64,000 nt of DNA, from contig NW_003314281.1 in assembly GCF_000143415.4 (NCBI RefSeq), positions 1,899,882 through 1,963,881 on the forward strand, given 5' to 3'. The notes below the pieces were generated by a model. It was not told the origin of the DNA, made no database searches, and worked only from the letters and a program-made list of their open reading frames with translations. The stretch is from Selaginella moellendorffii (Eukaryota; Plantae; Lycopodiophyta). Position numbers and translations under genes: made by a program. This document shows, in pieces, positions 34,302 to 48,040 of the stretch (positions are counted from its first letter, which is position 1; every line of letters starts with the position of its first letter).

Positions 34302-35104
34302 TATGTCGAGCTCCGCGATGAATGAATCCAGGCTCCACGAGAAGAGGTGGGGATTGATCGATCTCTTGTCCAGCGTGACCCCTGAGTGTTTTCTTGCAGC
34401 GTCGAGGAGCTCCGGAAGCTCTTGTCGGATAAAGACGCGTATGAGAGTTACCTCCATTCGATCGAGGAGGTGAAGCAACTGGATACGGTGAGCGTGGTTC
34501 CTTTCTTCTTGGCTGGATCCCTTCTTATTTGGGAATTTTGGCAGCTTCGGAACGATTTAAGAAAGAGCAATGTGAACCTCGCAAGTGAGTGATTGATTGG
34601 TCTTTGTTGAACAAAAAACTCATTGCTTTTGCTTGTCAGGACATAATTTGGGGAAGGAGTCCGAGATGGCTGAGCTTAGAAACCAGGTATGCTTCTTTTC
34701 TCGTGTAAAAAAATTGTATTTTTCGTCTTTTTTTAATTTTTTTCTCTGTGTGCAGTGTATGATCATCAGAACGACCGAGTTGGCCACAGCACAGGAGAAG
34801 TTTTCAGACGCTCAGCGGCGAGAGAAAGAGATCCTGGCGAGGAGCTCGCCAGCATCAATCTTAAACAAGCTACAAGGTCTAGAGAGTTTTTTTTTTTCTT
34901 CTTCTTCTTCTTCTTCTTTGCTGACGACGCGTGTATTGATTCATTCCAGAGGCAGCCAACGCGGCGGACGACGAATCGGAAAGCTTACACCACAAGCTAC
35001 TGAGCGGCGAGCTTGAGTTCCCGGAGTTTCTCCAAAAGTATAGGCAGCAAAGGGTTCTCTATCACCGAAGAACTTTGCTTCGCCTGGCCGCTCTGGCCGG
35101 GTGA
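34302..35104 (+). CDS. VPS37: ESCRT-I subunit VPS37 (Mod(r) domain); start at 34267 or 34302
   Basis: KSVEELRKLLSDKDAY, ELRNQCMIIRTTELATAQEK, SPASILNKLQ, DESESLH, FLQKYRQQRVLYHRRTL. Confidence 0.9.
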
Positions 35105-35266
35105 TCCATCTTAGAGATCTCATAGCGCTGCGCACTGGTATCTTCAATTTAAACCCTTTCGCCGATTAACAGCCTTTCTCTCCTTTTCGTGTGCCTTTTA
35201 GAGCGAGTATTTTATCCTCGTAGCGCTTTAGGGGAGGAAACAGGGAAGGTGAAAGGAGGAGCAACG

Positions 35267-37003
35267 ATGCCCGCGGCAGTGGCTAGCATTCCGGTATGGC
35301 AGTTAGCAAGCAGTTCTTCAAATGGGTCACGGGTAGCAGCATGCCCAACAAGTGGCCTTCCGTCACCTTCGTGCTTCACAAGTCGGGCGACGATGGGGAC
35401 GTGCTCCTTGTGGGGTTGCAACGTCGCCAGGAAGAGCGTCCGGGATGGAAGCCCAATGCCCGAGGCTGCGTCCATGCCGGCTGTGACGCCGCTCGCGGAT
35501 CTCTACGACTTTATCTGCAAGGGGCCGCTGCTGGAGACGATTGGATTGGATGCCGAGGACGTGAGGCGGGACATGAACGAGTGGATTGAGATGGGACTGA
35601 GGCTGTCTCGGATTCTGGGCTTCAGGGAATTGATGCTCAGCGAGTCGGAGAAGACGAGAGTTTATCACTACTACCTGCCGGTGTATATGTGGTGCAAGAG
35701 GGAGCTGGAACGCCATCGCGGCCGGTTTAACGACGGCGATAAGCCGATTCCTGCGTTAGTGGTAAGACTTTGTTTTGTGTTTCCGAGGCTTCTGTTAGCT
35801 GCTGTTAGTGCATGCATGGCGCACTTGCCTTACGAGGATGTTGCTGAAACATGGAGTTGGTTTTGCTGTGTTGCAGATTGGGATCAGTGCACCTCAAGGT
35901 TGTGGGAAGACTACGCTTGTGGATGCTCTTGAGTACATGTTCAACTATTCTGGAAGGTATGGTGTTTTGTTCATTTGCAGAAGGACGCAACCTGTGTCTT
36001 CAGAACCGCTGCGTCAGTGTCAATTGATGACTTCTACCTTACGGCTGCCGATCAGCAAAAACTTGCGAAAGAGAATCAAGGCAACTTGCTTTTGGAGGTA
36101 AGAAGTTGCTGACCTTGGTGCGTTTCTTACAATTGCTTACAGCTTCGCGGAAACGCTGGAAGCCACGACTTAGATCTTGGGACTCAGACAATAAAGTGCC
36201 TTCAAAATCTTTCCGAAGGTCTGTCAGGATTGTTTGTTGTGCTACATATGCTAACATCTCGCTTTTGTTTTTCAGGAGAAGTGGCCAGTGTGCCACACTA
36301 TGACAAGTCTGCATACAATGGTCGAGGTGATAGATCAGATCCATCGACATGGTCCAAAGTGACAGGACCATTGCAGGTATTCGTTGTCGTTTCTTTTTAC
36401 GCACAGCTTTTCTCAAACGCGTTGCAACAGGTGATTTTGTTCGAAGGATGGATGCTGGGCTTCAAGCCGTTGGGTAAAGCCGCAGTTAGCTCCGTGGATC
36501 CTCAGGTAACTTGTTTTGATTACTTAGGAACTCTTGTTCGGTTGCTTAAACCCGGTGGTTGTGTCTCCTGATGCAGCTGGAAGTAGTCGACAAGAATTTG
36601 GTGGCCTATCAAAAAGGCTGGTTCAATCTTGTGGATTCATGGATAATTGTCAAAGTGGACGATCCCGGTTGGGTGTATGAGTGGCGTCTTGAGGTACTAA
36701 AGAAACTTTTGTTTCGCTTCGAGGCATTCTAATAATGTCGTGGGTACAGGCAGAGATCGCTATGAAAGCCAAAGGCAAACCTGGCATGAGCGATGAACAG
36801 GTTCTTTAGAAAACTTAGAAAGCTTCCTCACTAGAAAACGAGCTGACCATAAGAATACTTTCCAGGTTGCGGACTTCGTGGCGAGATATATGCCCGCATA
36901 CAAGGCCTACCTCCAAACTTTGTACAGCGAGGGACCTGGCAACGCGAAACCAGACAACGTCCTCAAGTTTTCCATCGACAAGAACAGGAACCCGGTTGGA
37001 TAA
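35267..37003 (+). CDS. GLYK: D-glycerate 3-kinase (photorespiratory, with transit peptide)
   Basis: Ser-rich N-terminus; YHYYLPVY, ISAPQGCGKTT, SIDDFYL, LRGNAGSHD, YDKSAYNGRGDR, LFEGWMLGF, FVARYMPAYKAYL. Confidence 0.95.
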
Positions 37004-37227
37004 GTCAATCGATCAATCCAACACGAGGTTGGTTTGTGAATTCAAGAATGCTTGTCCTTCGTTTTATGCAGTGGAGATGTGCAATATAATCAAGGATTTC
37101 ACATGCTGCTACTGTAGTGGTTGTTCTCCTGAAGGCGACGGACTGTTAGAAATTCCGCTTTTTCTAAGGAGGTGATGTCCTTTGTGTTTCCTTTTGCTAA
37201 CCTAGGATAGAAGCTAGCTTTGTAGCA

Positions 37228-38702
37228 ATGGGAGCTCTTTCAGGGAGGACACTGGTCCTAGCAGGAACTAGAGCCTGGTTCTTCGCTAACAGCAGCAAGA
37301 ATGGTGGTCTCAGATTACCCGCATTTTTCCGGCTGGGCTTTGTGATTTGCATTCTGCTACTCGCAGTGGTGCTGCTCATCTTGGTCAGTGCAGAATGGAA
37401 CCAGAGCTGGAAATCGTCTCAGAAAGCCCGAGCTGCTGCTGCACTGTCGGCGGAATTCGGCGTCTTGGGTGTTCCCTGGTGCAAGTAAGCATCGAGTCTG
37501 TGATTGGAATCTCTCCTCGGCTAAAAGTTTCGTTTTTTTCTGTATTCCTTTTAGAGCGAAGGAAGGTTCTGCGGTTCCTTGGACGAGAGAGGAGCTCGTA
37601 CAAGGATTGCAGGAGTTTGTTCCGGTGTACAAGAAGAGACCCATCAAGAACAATGCTTTCGGGATGGGCTTTGATCATTCCTTCGGCCTTTGGTTCCTGG
37701 CTCGTCAAGTGAAACCTTTGCTCCTCATCGAAAGCGGCGCGTTCAAAGGGCACTCGACGTGGGTCATGAGACAGGCTCGGCCGGAGACGCCGATAATCTC
37801 GATAAGCCCCCGCCATCCAGAAAAGTACCTCAAGAAAGGTCCCGCATATGTGGATCGCAACACTCGCTACTTCGCAGGAAAGCAGTTCGTGGATTTCGGA
37901 AGCGTCAAGTGGAACAAAGTTCTCGAGGAAGCTGGTGTCCAGGACAGGAGCAGGATACTTGTGTTCTTCGACGACCACCAGAGCCAGTTGAAAAGGTACA
38001 TTTTTTCTGGAGCAAACTTTCCTCTTTTTCTTACAACCAACTTGGATGTCAGGATCAAACAAGCCAGGGATGCTGGATTCCAGCACCTCGTCTTCGAAGA
38101 TAACTACGACACCGGGACTGGCGATCACTACTCGCTTCGGCAAATCTGTGACCAGCTCCACATCGAAGGTATTGGTTTTGTAGTAGCTTTCACTTTCCCT
38201 AGTAGCTTCGTTTCGTTGCTTTCTTGTTTTTTGCTTTTCAAGTTTCTTGGTTTTCACGTTTTGTAGCTTCCTTTTCTTCGCAGGTGGCGGACACAACTGT
38301 GACCCCGAAAGCGAAGAGGCACGAACGAGACAGTACAGGAGCAAGAAGTGGGAGAAGGCGATGGACTCGTCCCAACTTTGTGGAGGCGGCGGCGAGTGGT
38401 GGGGCGTCCGCGGCGAGATGCGTGACAACTTCAACCATAGCAACGCTCCGATCTCTCACCAGCAGCACCTCCACAATGGCCGGCTGGTGGAATCGATGCT
38501 CCAGCTCTACTGGGAGCTCCCGCCGGTGGCTGGCCCGAGCCTGACCAAGCAGAACCGCTACGACCCCGCCAGGAGCTCCAGGCCGCTGGTGGGCGATGGA
38601 GACCGAGCTCTCTTCCGGAAGCTCGGCCTCCATAGCTTGGAAAAGCGAGTTTTCAATGGCTACACACAGATGGCTTACGTTCGCCTGCTAAGCAGCAGCT
38701 AA
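37228..38702 (+). CDS. Conserved plant type II membrane protein with class I SAM-methyltransferase-like motifs (uncharacterised)
   Basis: N-terminal TM; RPIKNNAFGMGFDHSFGLW, LIESGAFKGHSTW (motif I-like), VFFDDHQ, FEDNYDTGTGDHYS. Confidence 0.8.
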
Positions 38703-39394
38703 AAATCGGTCTTTTATGTGAAAAGATGATTCTTTGGCGTGAGAATAGTTGGATTAAACAATTGTAATTGTCTTTTTCACCTGTGATGGAAATGTTTTTT
38801 GACGAAGACTTCTATCAAAAGTAAGCCACTCCTTTTCTCCTTTTGCATCGCGTCGTACGGACGAGGGGTAAATTTCAAGTTACGGACTGACGTGTAAATC
38901 CCAGCTTAAGCAAAATGGCGTTTTAAAAGTGTTTTCTTTTTCCCCCTTGGCTATGGTGTTCTTGGAGCTCTTTAGTTTTCCCCCAGGGCGCTAGGGTTTC
39001 GCGTGCGCGGATCTAGGGCGCCTTGCTGGGAGCTGCGACGCCGGGCGCGCCTCACAGGTACGATCTCTCTCGCCGCTGCTTGGCTCGGATGCATTTCGGC
39101 AGAAATTCGCGAAATTTCTCGCTTCTCGCTCTTCCATTGCGATGGCTTTCTTCGAGAGGCTCCTCGAATCGCATTTTCTTGCTCCAGCGCTCACAACGTT
39201 CATTTTTTAAAAATCTTTCCAATTTTTCTTTTTCTTCTCCATTCTTGTTTTCCTCTGGCAGCTGTTCTAGACTGCATGCATGGTCTCTGAGACAACGGTT
39301 TTTGTTTTTATTGCCGCAGGAAAACAACGCACTAAAATCCACTTGTTCCGAGACCGATGTGACTTCTCGTCTGGGATGAAGAGGTTGCCTGGGA

Positions 39395-42300
39395 ATGGAG
39401 CTCAAGGCAATTCTCCTAGGGGTTTTAGCACTCTGGCTCACTCTGGGAAGTTTTTCCATCGAATTCTCAAGCGCCCACAACATCGCCAATGACTTCCAGG
39501 CACAAGCTCCCCATCTCGGCTGCTCACCATTTGCCAAGTCTTCGCCGGTTCACTGTGAAGAAGACTTACATGGAAGCGGCTCGTTCGACACGACTTGCTA
39601 CTTGGAAGAGAGTGTGTCGGTGGGCAGGGATCTCTGCATCGCCGGCGCGGGAAATCTCAGCATCTCTTCCGACGTGACACTCGACTGCCCCTTCTCCGGA
39701 TGCACCATAGCAGTGAGTCTCTCCGGGGACGTGATTCTGGGGGTGAATGCGTCCATCGTTGCGGGAACGATCGTCATCCAGGCCGAGAACACGTACTTGA
39801 GGGCGAACTCGTCACTTTCATCGCTTGGTCTCGGTGGAGCACCACCTGCACAGACAAGTGGCACTCCCTCAGGGCTCGAAGGCGCTGGTGGCGGTCACGG
39901 GGGACGAGGGGCTTGCTGTGCCACCAAAGATCAAGGTGATATATGGGGTGGTGACGTGTATGCTTGGTCGTCGCTTGCTACGCCTTGGTGCCATGGAAGT
40001 CGTGGAGGTAGCACGAGCGAGACTGTAGACTATAGTGGTGGTGGTGGTGGCCGGATCAACGTCACAGTAATACACGCTTTGGAGCTGAATGGGACTATTA
40101 GTGCAGATGGAGGATCCGGGGGGAAGAAAGGTGGTGGTGGCTCTGGTGGTAGTGTGATTGTGGGGGCTGCTAGATTGTGAGTGTTTGGTCTTTCTCTTTT
40201 TTACTTTTATTCCTTGCCTTACTCGGAAACGTTTGTAGGACAGGAGTTGGGACAATAACGGCTAGAGGCGGCGATGGTCGGGGTGGGGGAGGCGGTGGTC
40301 GCGTGGCTGTCAAGTGCTATAGGCAGGAAGATGTCTCCATTTACGTCCATGGTATAAGCTCAACGATTTGCATTTGATTTAATTTCAACTGAGCATTTCA
40401 ACCGGTTTGATGTTTGCAGGGGGGAGTAGCTTTGGCTGTCCAGAAAATGCTGGGGCCGCAGGAACGCTCTTTTATGTCGTTCGGCAGAGCTTAACCATCA
40501 GCAATAACAACAAATCGACTGTGACTGATACTCCTCTACTGGACTTCCCTACACATCCTCTCTGGGTGGATGTGGAAGTGCTCTGTAGAGCTAGAGTGGT
40601 AGTTCCGCTGCTCTGGAGTAGAGTTTTGGTACGTCACTCGACTACTATGTTTGTTAAGGCATTGACGACATTTTGGTGTTGTCCAGGTTCGAGGGCAGAT
40701 AAGTTTATCGTACGAAGGGACACTTATATTTGGCTTGGCTCACTATCCAAGCTCTGAGTTTGAACTTGTTGCGGAGGAGGTTGTTATGGAGAATTCAATA
40801 ATCAAGGTGATGTTCGTGTTTTGAAAGCTAGAATCTTACGAGGCTTTGCGACGCAGGTTTATGGAGCTCTCAAGCTGTCTGTAAAGATGCTGTTGATGTG
40901 GAATTCTATTTTGCAAATTGATGGTGGCGGAGATGTCATGGTCAGCACATCCACTATGGAAGCCAGCAACTTGGTGTTTATAAGGGTGAGCTTTAAAACC
41001 AGTGAATGTGGTCTAATGTTTCTTATTGTCAGGGTAAATCAGCTTTGCAATCCAATACAAATCTTGGCATTCATGGACAAGGGATGCTTAAGTTGGCCGG
41101 TGCTGGTGACTACATCAGAGCTCAAAGACTATTTCTGTCGCTTTTTTATAACATTCATGTAAGTTTGATAAAGTTTCCTAGAATCTGAGCATTAACAGCA
41201 TTTGTGGCGTTCTAGATTGGTCCAGGCGCCATGTTATTAGCTCCACCCGATGAGACTACAACTACAGACGAGTATGTATGTCGACGAACTTCGACATCTA
41301 TTAATCTTGTTTACAGGTCTTCAAAACTTTATTGCGACACCTCCAAATGCCCTGCCGAGATTATCAATCCTCCGGAGGACTGTACCTTAAATGTTTCACT
41401 CCCTTTCACCCTTCAGGTGCGGTCTTCGTGATTTAAAGTCCTTGTTGAGCTGAATGTTTATGCTATAGATATGCCGTGTGGAAGACATTGCAATTGACGG
41501 TGTTATACGGGGTAGTGTCGTCCATCTTCAACGTGGCAGGACTGTTACAGTCAATCCCGGAGGACTCATATCAGCTGCTGGCCTTGGTACGTAGGTTTCA
41601 GTCTGCTTGAAAGGCTCATTGTCTTGCTCGCAGGATGCAAAGGTGGTCTTGGAAAAGGTCACTCGTCTTCGTCAGGCGCTGGAGGAGGTGGAGGATTTGG
41701 AGGCAGAGGTGGCAAAGGGTATTACAAAGGCAGCTGGAGCGAGGGAGGAGATACTTATGGAAAGAAGACTCTTCCATGCGAACTAGGAAGTGGTGGTGGA
41801 AATTCTTCAACCTCAAATAAAAGCAGCAGTGGTGGTGGAGTGATTGGTACGTAAGATAAATTTTCGAATTCATCTCTAATTTCTTGCTTTTGCAGTTATG
41901 GGATCGCAAAATCACCCTCTTTCAACTCTCGAAGTTTATGGAACTATCAGCGCTGACGGTGGAAGTCTTACCAACTCGAGTGGTTCCGATGCCAAAGAAG
42001 AAACAGGAGCTGGTGGTGGATCCGGCGGTAGTGTTTTGCTCTTCCTGCAAAATCTGGCCTTGCAAAATGGATCAGTCCTTTCTGCGGGTGGAGGCGAAGG
42101 TGGGTATGTAGGTGGAGGCGGTGGCGGCGGCGGACGAGTTCATTTTCATTGGTCAAACGTACCAACTGGAGACGATTTTGTTGCAATTGCAACGATAAAA
42201 GGACTTATACATACCAAGTACGCAGTTCTTGCAGTTTTGTTTCAATGTCAGAGGCTTTTTGGTACCTTTCAACAGAGGTGGAAATGGAGGGGATATTGGC

Positions 42301-44814
42301 TATGCCGGAGACGATGGTACCATAACCGGAAAAGAGTGCCCAAGCGGTTTGTTTGGAGTTTTCTGCATGGTAAGTTTTTTGCAATAAGAGAAATAAAGTT
42401 CACACTTAGTGATTCTCTTTTGACAGGAATGCCCTGTTGGAACATACAAGAATGACTCTGGCTCGGATGCTTCCTTGTGCAAACCTTGCCCTCCGGAAAA
42501 ATTGCCTCGGCGGGCTTCTTATGTCTATGTTCGTGGTTAGTGTTTTGATTTATGTGTTTCAAACTCTCTACGCAACTCTGGCTTTGTTTTTCAGGAGGAG
42601 CACTCAAGCCTACATGCCCCTATCAGTGCCATTCCGATAAGTACAGGATGCCAAACTGTTATACACCATTAGAAGAGTTGATATATGCGCTGGGAGGGCC
42701 TTGGCTATTTACTCTGCTCTTATCTGGTCTTATGATAGCTTTGGCTCTCGTGCTGAGCATTGCTCGTGCGAAGCTAGTCGGTACAGACGACTTCTCTGGG
42801 CCTACTCCAGCCCCACAGGGCGCTCATATTGATCATTCCTTTCCCTTCTTGGAATCTTTGAATGAGGTACGCCTTGCCTGTGGATGTCTGTTTCGTTTTT
42901 CTTCTTTAACTTTTTGCATCTGGCAGGTCTTAGAGACCACAAGAGTCGAAGAATCCCAAAGCCATGTACATAGGATGTTCTTTATGGGATGTAATTCTTT
43001 CGCAGAGCCTTGGCATCTTCCTCATTCTCCGCCCGAGCAAATCGTTGATCTTGTGTACGTTGAATACTTCATCTTCAATTTACTGTCGACTAAGTTTCTT
43101 GTACAGGTACGAAGACGCTTTCAACAGATTCGTTGATGAGATCAATTGCCTTGCAGCGTACCAGTGGTGGGAAGGGTCTGTGTACAGCATACTGTGCTTT
43201 GCTGCATATCCCGTTGGCTGGTCATGGCAGCAGTGGCGCCGGAGGAGAAAAGTTCAGCAACTTCGTGAGTTTGTAAGGTCCGAGTATGATCACGCATGTT
43301 TACGTTCGTGTAGATCACGAGCACTGTACGAGGGCCTGAAGGTTTGTAGTGCAAAGCTTCTCGCTGTTCTAAGTTGCAAATTTTTTCAGGTGGCTGCAAC
43401 CGCCGAGCTAGTCCTGGGCTATATTGACGTCTTTCTGGGTGGCGACGAGAAACGACCGGATTTACCTCCAAAGCTAATGCAAAGGCTTCCAATGTCAATC
43501 ATTTTTGGTGGAGATGGTAGCTACATGGCTCCCTACCACCTTCACAGCGATAACCTTTTGACAAGTCTCATGGGACAGGTTTGGCTGTCCTTACAAGTTG
43601 ATGCTTGCTTCAAACATTCTACTCTATGGCAGGCTATACCAGCGACCATATGGTATCGAATGGTAGCCGGTTTAAATGCACAGTTAAGACTGGTCCGCAA
43701 GGGGCGGCTAAGATCTACGTTGATACCAGTTATTGAGTGGCTGAATTCGCATGCAAACCCGAGGCTGGAGCATCACGGTGTCGCTGTTCGTTTGGCATGG
43801 TTCCAGGCCACTGCCTCTGGATACTATCAGCTGGGACTTGTTCTAAATACTGCTGAGTCCTTTTCTTCAATGCCCCTGGATAGTATGGCTTCATTATGGT
43901 CTCAGCATCCAAGGTGAGGTGCATTTTTCTTGGAAACTCAGTGAGTGGCTATTCTTCGAATGTAGGACAAACAACGGCGTCCAAGCTCCACTTCTTTCCT
44001 CTGAGCGGCAGCATGAACAAACTCCTCGACTAAGAAGAGCTGGGGGAGGTTTAATAGACACGGTTACCTTGCGTACTTTGGAGGATTCAAGAGACATACT
44101 GTATCCTCTTTCATTGTTATTGCAGAACACCCGGTGTGTCGGCCACCACGTAAGTAGTCTGCTCTCTCTGTACTTTTTAAGTTTTTCTCTTTCGTTTTTG
44201 TTTGGCAGGCTTTAGTGGGTCTGGTCATCTCAATTTTGCTCCTCGCGGATTTCAGCCTTACGCTACTATTGTTGCTCCAGTTTTACTCGATTTCGTTGGA
44301 CGCATTCCTTGTTGTGCTCCTAGTTCTACCCCTGGCGTCGCTGCTTCCTTTTCCTACAGGAATCAACGCTCTCTTCAGCCACGGCCCCCGGAAAGCTGCC
44401 GGACTGGCTAGAGTATACAACCTCTGGAACATGACTTCTCTCACAAACACGGTAAACCAACTTGGCTTTTCTTCTTCGCGTTTTGTGATCACACGCTGTT
44501 GGAAATGTGCATAGGTGGCAGCGTTTGTCTCGGGTTTTTTCCACTACAAAGTCAAGTTCTCATCGAAAAACCTGTCGTCCCTCCTGAGCTTGGCGTTTAG
44601 TTCGTAAGTATTTTGCTCGATCGAGAGTTTCTCACTCGCTCACTCGCCGTGTCTATGAATTGGCAGGGAGGAGAACAACTGGTGGCTCATTCCCGTCGCT
44701 CTGCTCGTCTGTAAATGTACCCAGGCAAGGATCGTAGATTGGCACGCTGCAAATCTGGAGATCCAGGACCGGACTGTCTATACCGAAGACCCGGCCAAGT
44801 TTTGGGAGGCCTGA
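39395..44814 (+). CDS. Large glycine-rich, Cys-rich membrane protein of a conserved uncharacterised plant family (signal peptide, GGGxGG repeats, ephrin-receptor-like Cys repeat, several TMs); ~20 exons
   Basis: GAGGGHGGRG, GGGGGGRV, CELGSGG, CPSGLFGVFCMECPVGTYK, CYTPLEELIYALGGPW, EYDHACLRSCRSRALY, WHAANLEIQD...FWEA*. Confidence 0.88.
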
Positions 44815-45101
44815 TCAAATCTCACAAGATACGCTCTCTCGTCATCCAGTGAGTTTGCATAGAGCAAGCACAGTTTTGCATTTTGATTATCCTCCTTCTT
44901 ACTCTTTTTTTTATCCTGTAAAGAAAGAAAACGAACAGAAAAATGGTCATAAGTTATATTAGTACTCTATGTTTCCACAGACCGCCAGATACATAGATTT
45001 TACTACGATTGGTTTTAACGGTCAGGATTTGTCTTCGTCTCAAAACAGGGGAAGATCATCAAGCTCAGGAGCCTCAAGAGAGGCTTGGCTCTTCATTCCC
45101 A

Positions 45102-46500
45102 GATCCAGAGTGGTGGATTCTTGGTGGACAGGTTCGTGGCCAGCGCCATGGTGGATTTCTATGGAAAGTGTGGCAGCGTGAGAGAAGCTCTAGAGATTTT
45201 CCAGGCTGCTGCCAAGTTGGGAACAAAGGACGTGGTTTTGTGGAGTGCAATGGTCAGTGCTTGCTCGCAAGGAGGGGAAGACGAGCTAGCCTTGGAGCTC
45301 TTTGCGCTTATGCTTTTGGAAGATGGAGTGGAGCGGCCGTGCTCAATGGTTGCACGAATCTGGGATGACTGGACCGGGGCGGAGAGATTTACTCCCAGCT
45401 TATAAGAACAGGGACAGAGATTTCGTCCAGCGTTTTCGTCTGCAACAGTCTGATGGATATGGATGCGAAGTGGGGGAGATTGCTGGATTGTCGGCGAGTT
45501 TTCGATGGGATGATAGAGCGGGATTCGGTCTGCTGGAATGTTATGATCATGGCGGTCTGCTGGAATGTTATGATCATGGGATATGCAAAAGGTGGCGAGA
45601 CCGAGAGTTTTTCACGGCGATGCAAGCGGGAGACGTGGTCGTCAGTTCGAGAACTTTGGTGGCCGTTCTCCAGGCGTGCTTGGATATGGCCGAGAAGGAA
45701 GGGGTGGATGGAAGGCCCTTGAAAGTGGCGTCGCTGGAGAAGTTATTGACGTTGGTTTCTCCACGGGCTGGAAGATGTTTACTCTACAAACAACTTTTAT
45801 CAGTCTCTACGCACGGTGTGGAAGTTTGGGGTGATGTGCTCGGGTTTTTAACAACACAGACAGGAACATCATGATCGAAGCGTACACCGAGTGGCAACCA
45901 TGGGCTTGACCTGCAGGAGGTTTCGAAAATGGGACTCCAAGGACTGAAACCGGTCTTGGAGCACTACAGGCTAGACAGACAATCCATCGTCTGATCGAGG
46001 AAGCTGGGGTCGAGAACTCTCCGGCGGTGGCAAACTCGCTCATAAGTTTCTACAGCAAGTGTGACATGGTGGAATCTCGCCAGAGTGTTCGATGGGTTTC
46101 CAGACAAGGACGCAGTGTCTTGGAATGCACTGATCGCAGGATACAGGCGTCAAGGGGACAGTGACGCAGAGTTTGATCTTTTCGCCAAGCCGGACGCTCT
46201 GACATTCTCTTCAGTTCTATCGGTCTGCTGCCACGCTGGTTTGGTCGAGGGGATGGAATACTTTCACTCGGACTATGGACTTAGTCCGAGTGTGGAGCAC
46301 GTAATCTCCATGGTTGACGTGCTAATCGGCTGGAGGATGCGCTTCCGGTGGTGGAAAGCCTGGAAGATGTGTGCTCTAGGATATGGATGGGGCTTGTTTC
46401 AAGTGGAAAAATGCGGTGATTGGAAAGGCAATCAAAGGTTGACGATCAAGGTGGTACACCTTACGCTCTCACGGCAAACATGTACTCAGGCTCAAACAAT
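45102..46500 (+). pseudogene. Degenerate PLS-class PPR pseudogene of the same long-L subfamily as 48664-51660
   Basis: PPR fragments split across three frames (FVASAMVDFYGKCGS, DSVCWNVMIMGY, GRPLKVASLEK, DAVSWNALIAGY, PDALTFSSVLSVCCHAGLV); ~27-bp tandem duplication at 45527-45579. Confidence 0.85.
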
Positions 46501-46558
46501 GAAAGCACAACCTTGAAGTGATTGGTACATAATTAAGTTTCTATGACTTTGCATTTAT

Positions 46559-48040
46559 CTAAGCTTTGTTGTTTTCTTTGCAGCTGGATCTTTGTGATGT
46601 CCACTTCGAGACATGAATTGTGGAAAGAGTTGGATCCGATGCTCCACTGATGGTAATTCCTGAAGCATGGGCTTGCTTCAAATAGCCAAGAGCCTCTGCT
46701 TCGTCAGCTTTGCAGCAGTAAGATTCTGCAAAGAATGCATCTCTTGGTCTAACTAGTGCTTTCCATCTGATTTTGTTACAATCAGGCACTCGGGTCTGGA
46801 ATAAGAACCTATCATCAATCTGGAAGAACTCTAAAGCTCTTGAAAGCCTTTGGTAAGTTTCTCAATGTCGCTGCTGCTAGTGCCGGCTCCCATAGCAAAA
46901 GTTATGGAGTTCAGAAGAGGAAGCTCAGCCACCACCTTGCATTTATCACGCAGAAAGCCATTGGGAAGAGTTCCTGTGACTCCGAGCTCTCACAAACCAA
47001 TGGTGATCCTAAGCTCATAAAAAATGGTATCAGCTAGTTGCCAAGCTCTATCAAGGACTAAAACTTGTGGGATATTTTCAAGGCGTCATCGAGCTGTGGA
47101 AGCCAGCTCCAGAGCTGTATCAAACGCTGGATGGTCATCGCTTGCTGCACAACTCATCTGGTCCCTTGTGGCATCGAGAGAGACCAAGAGAAGGTAACTT
47201 GGACTGGAGCTTTGCAAGGCTCGAAGGCACTTGCTAATTCTCCCGTGCTTTACAATCTCGCAGCCTTTCACTAGATGGAGCATCCCGGACTGCATCAGAG
47301 ACGAGAGTACCTTGTGCGTGGATTGGACAACAACGTCGGCTCCCTGCTCGAGTGCCGTTGCTGGAAACCTCAAGTGGAACTTGAAGTGAGCTCCATGAGC
47401 CTCGTCAACTATGATTGGGATACCATGCTTGTGAACACACCTTTGCGATCTCCTCCACTGAGCTACACACTCCAAAGTAAGTTGGCGAGACAATCAGAAC
47501 AGCTCCAATGCTCACGTCTTTTCCTTTCTGCAGATCCAAGATGGCCAGCTCAATGCTCTCGGCAAAGAGACCGTGAGAAATCTCCCAGAGCTCATAAGAA
47601 GGAAGAACATAGTGAGGCATTGCTCCAGCAAGAACCATAGCTGAGAATGCTGAGACGTGGGCGTTCCTGGGGAGGATCAAAACGTCACCTGGCTTGCAGC
47701 AGCTCATCACCGCCGCTTGAATTACACACGTAGAGCCGTTTACCAAGAACCACTAATAAAAAGCTCCGCAGCCATTTGCTGCGCTTCGGCTATGGCTTCT
47801 TATGGCGAGTGCAAGTTATCCATGCCTGGCAGCTCCGGGAGATCAAACTGGAAGAGCTGAGCTCGAAAAGCTTGGAAATCGAAGAGGGCGCTGAGGAACC
47901 GCGGCCGTGGCCTGGGAAGTGAACTGCAGCGACACGCTCCTCGCCGGTTCTCTTGAGAGCTTCAAGCAAAGGAGCTGAGGGGAGCAGTAACGGAGGATGA
48001 TTGTTGAGCACCGACGTCGGCATAGCCATCCACGCCATGA
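46559..48040 (-). pseudogene. Intronless prokaryote-type Orn/Lys/Arg decarboxylase (fold type I, PLP) pseudogene
   Basis: PLLEAL, FPGHGRG, DLPELPGMDNL, VNGSTC, ILPRNAHVS, VSPTYFG, IVDEAHGAH, ADVVVQSTHK, QSSSPSYLL; in-frame TAA at 47800-47802 and several frameshifts. Confidence 0.88.
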
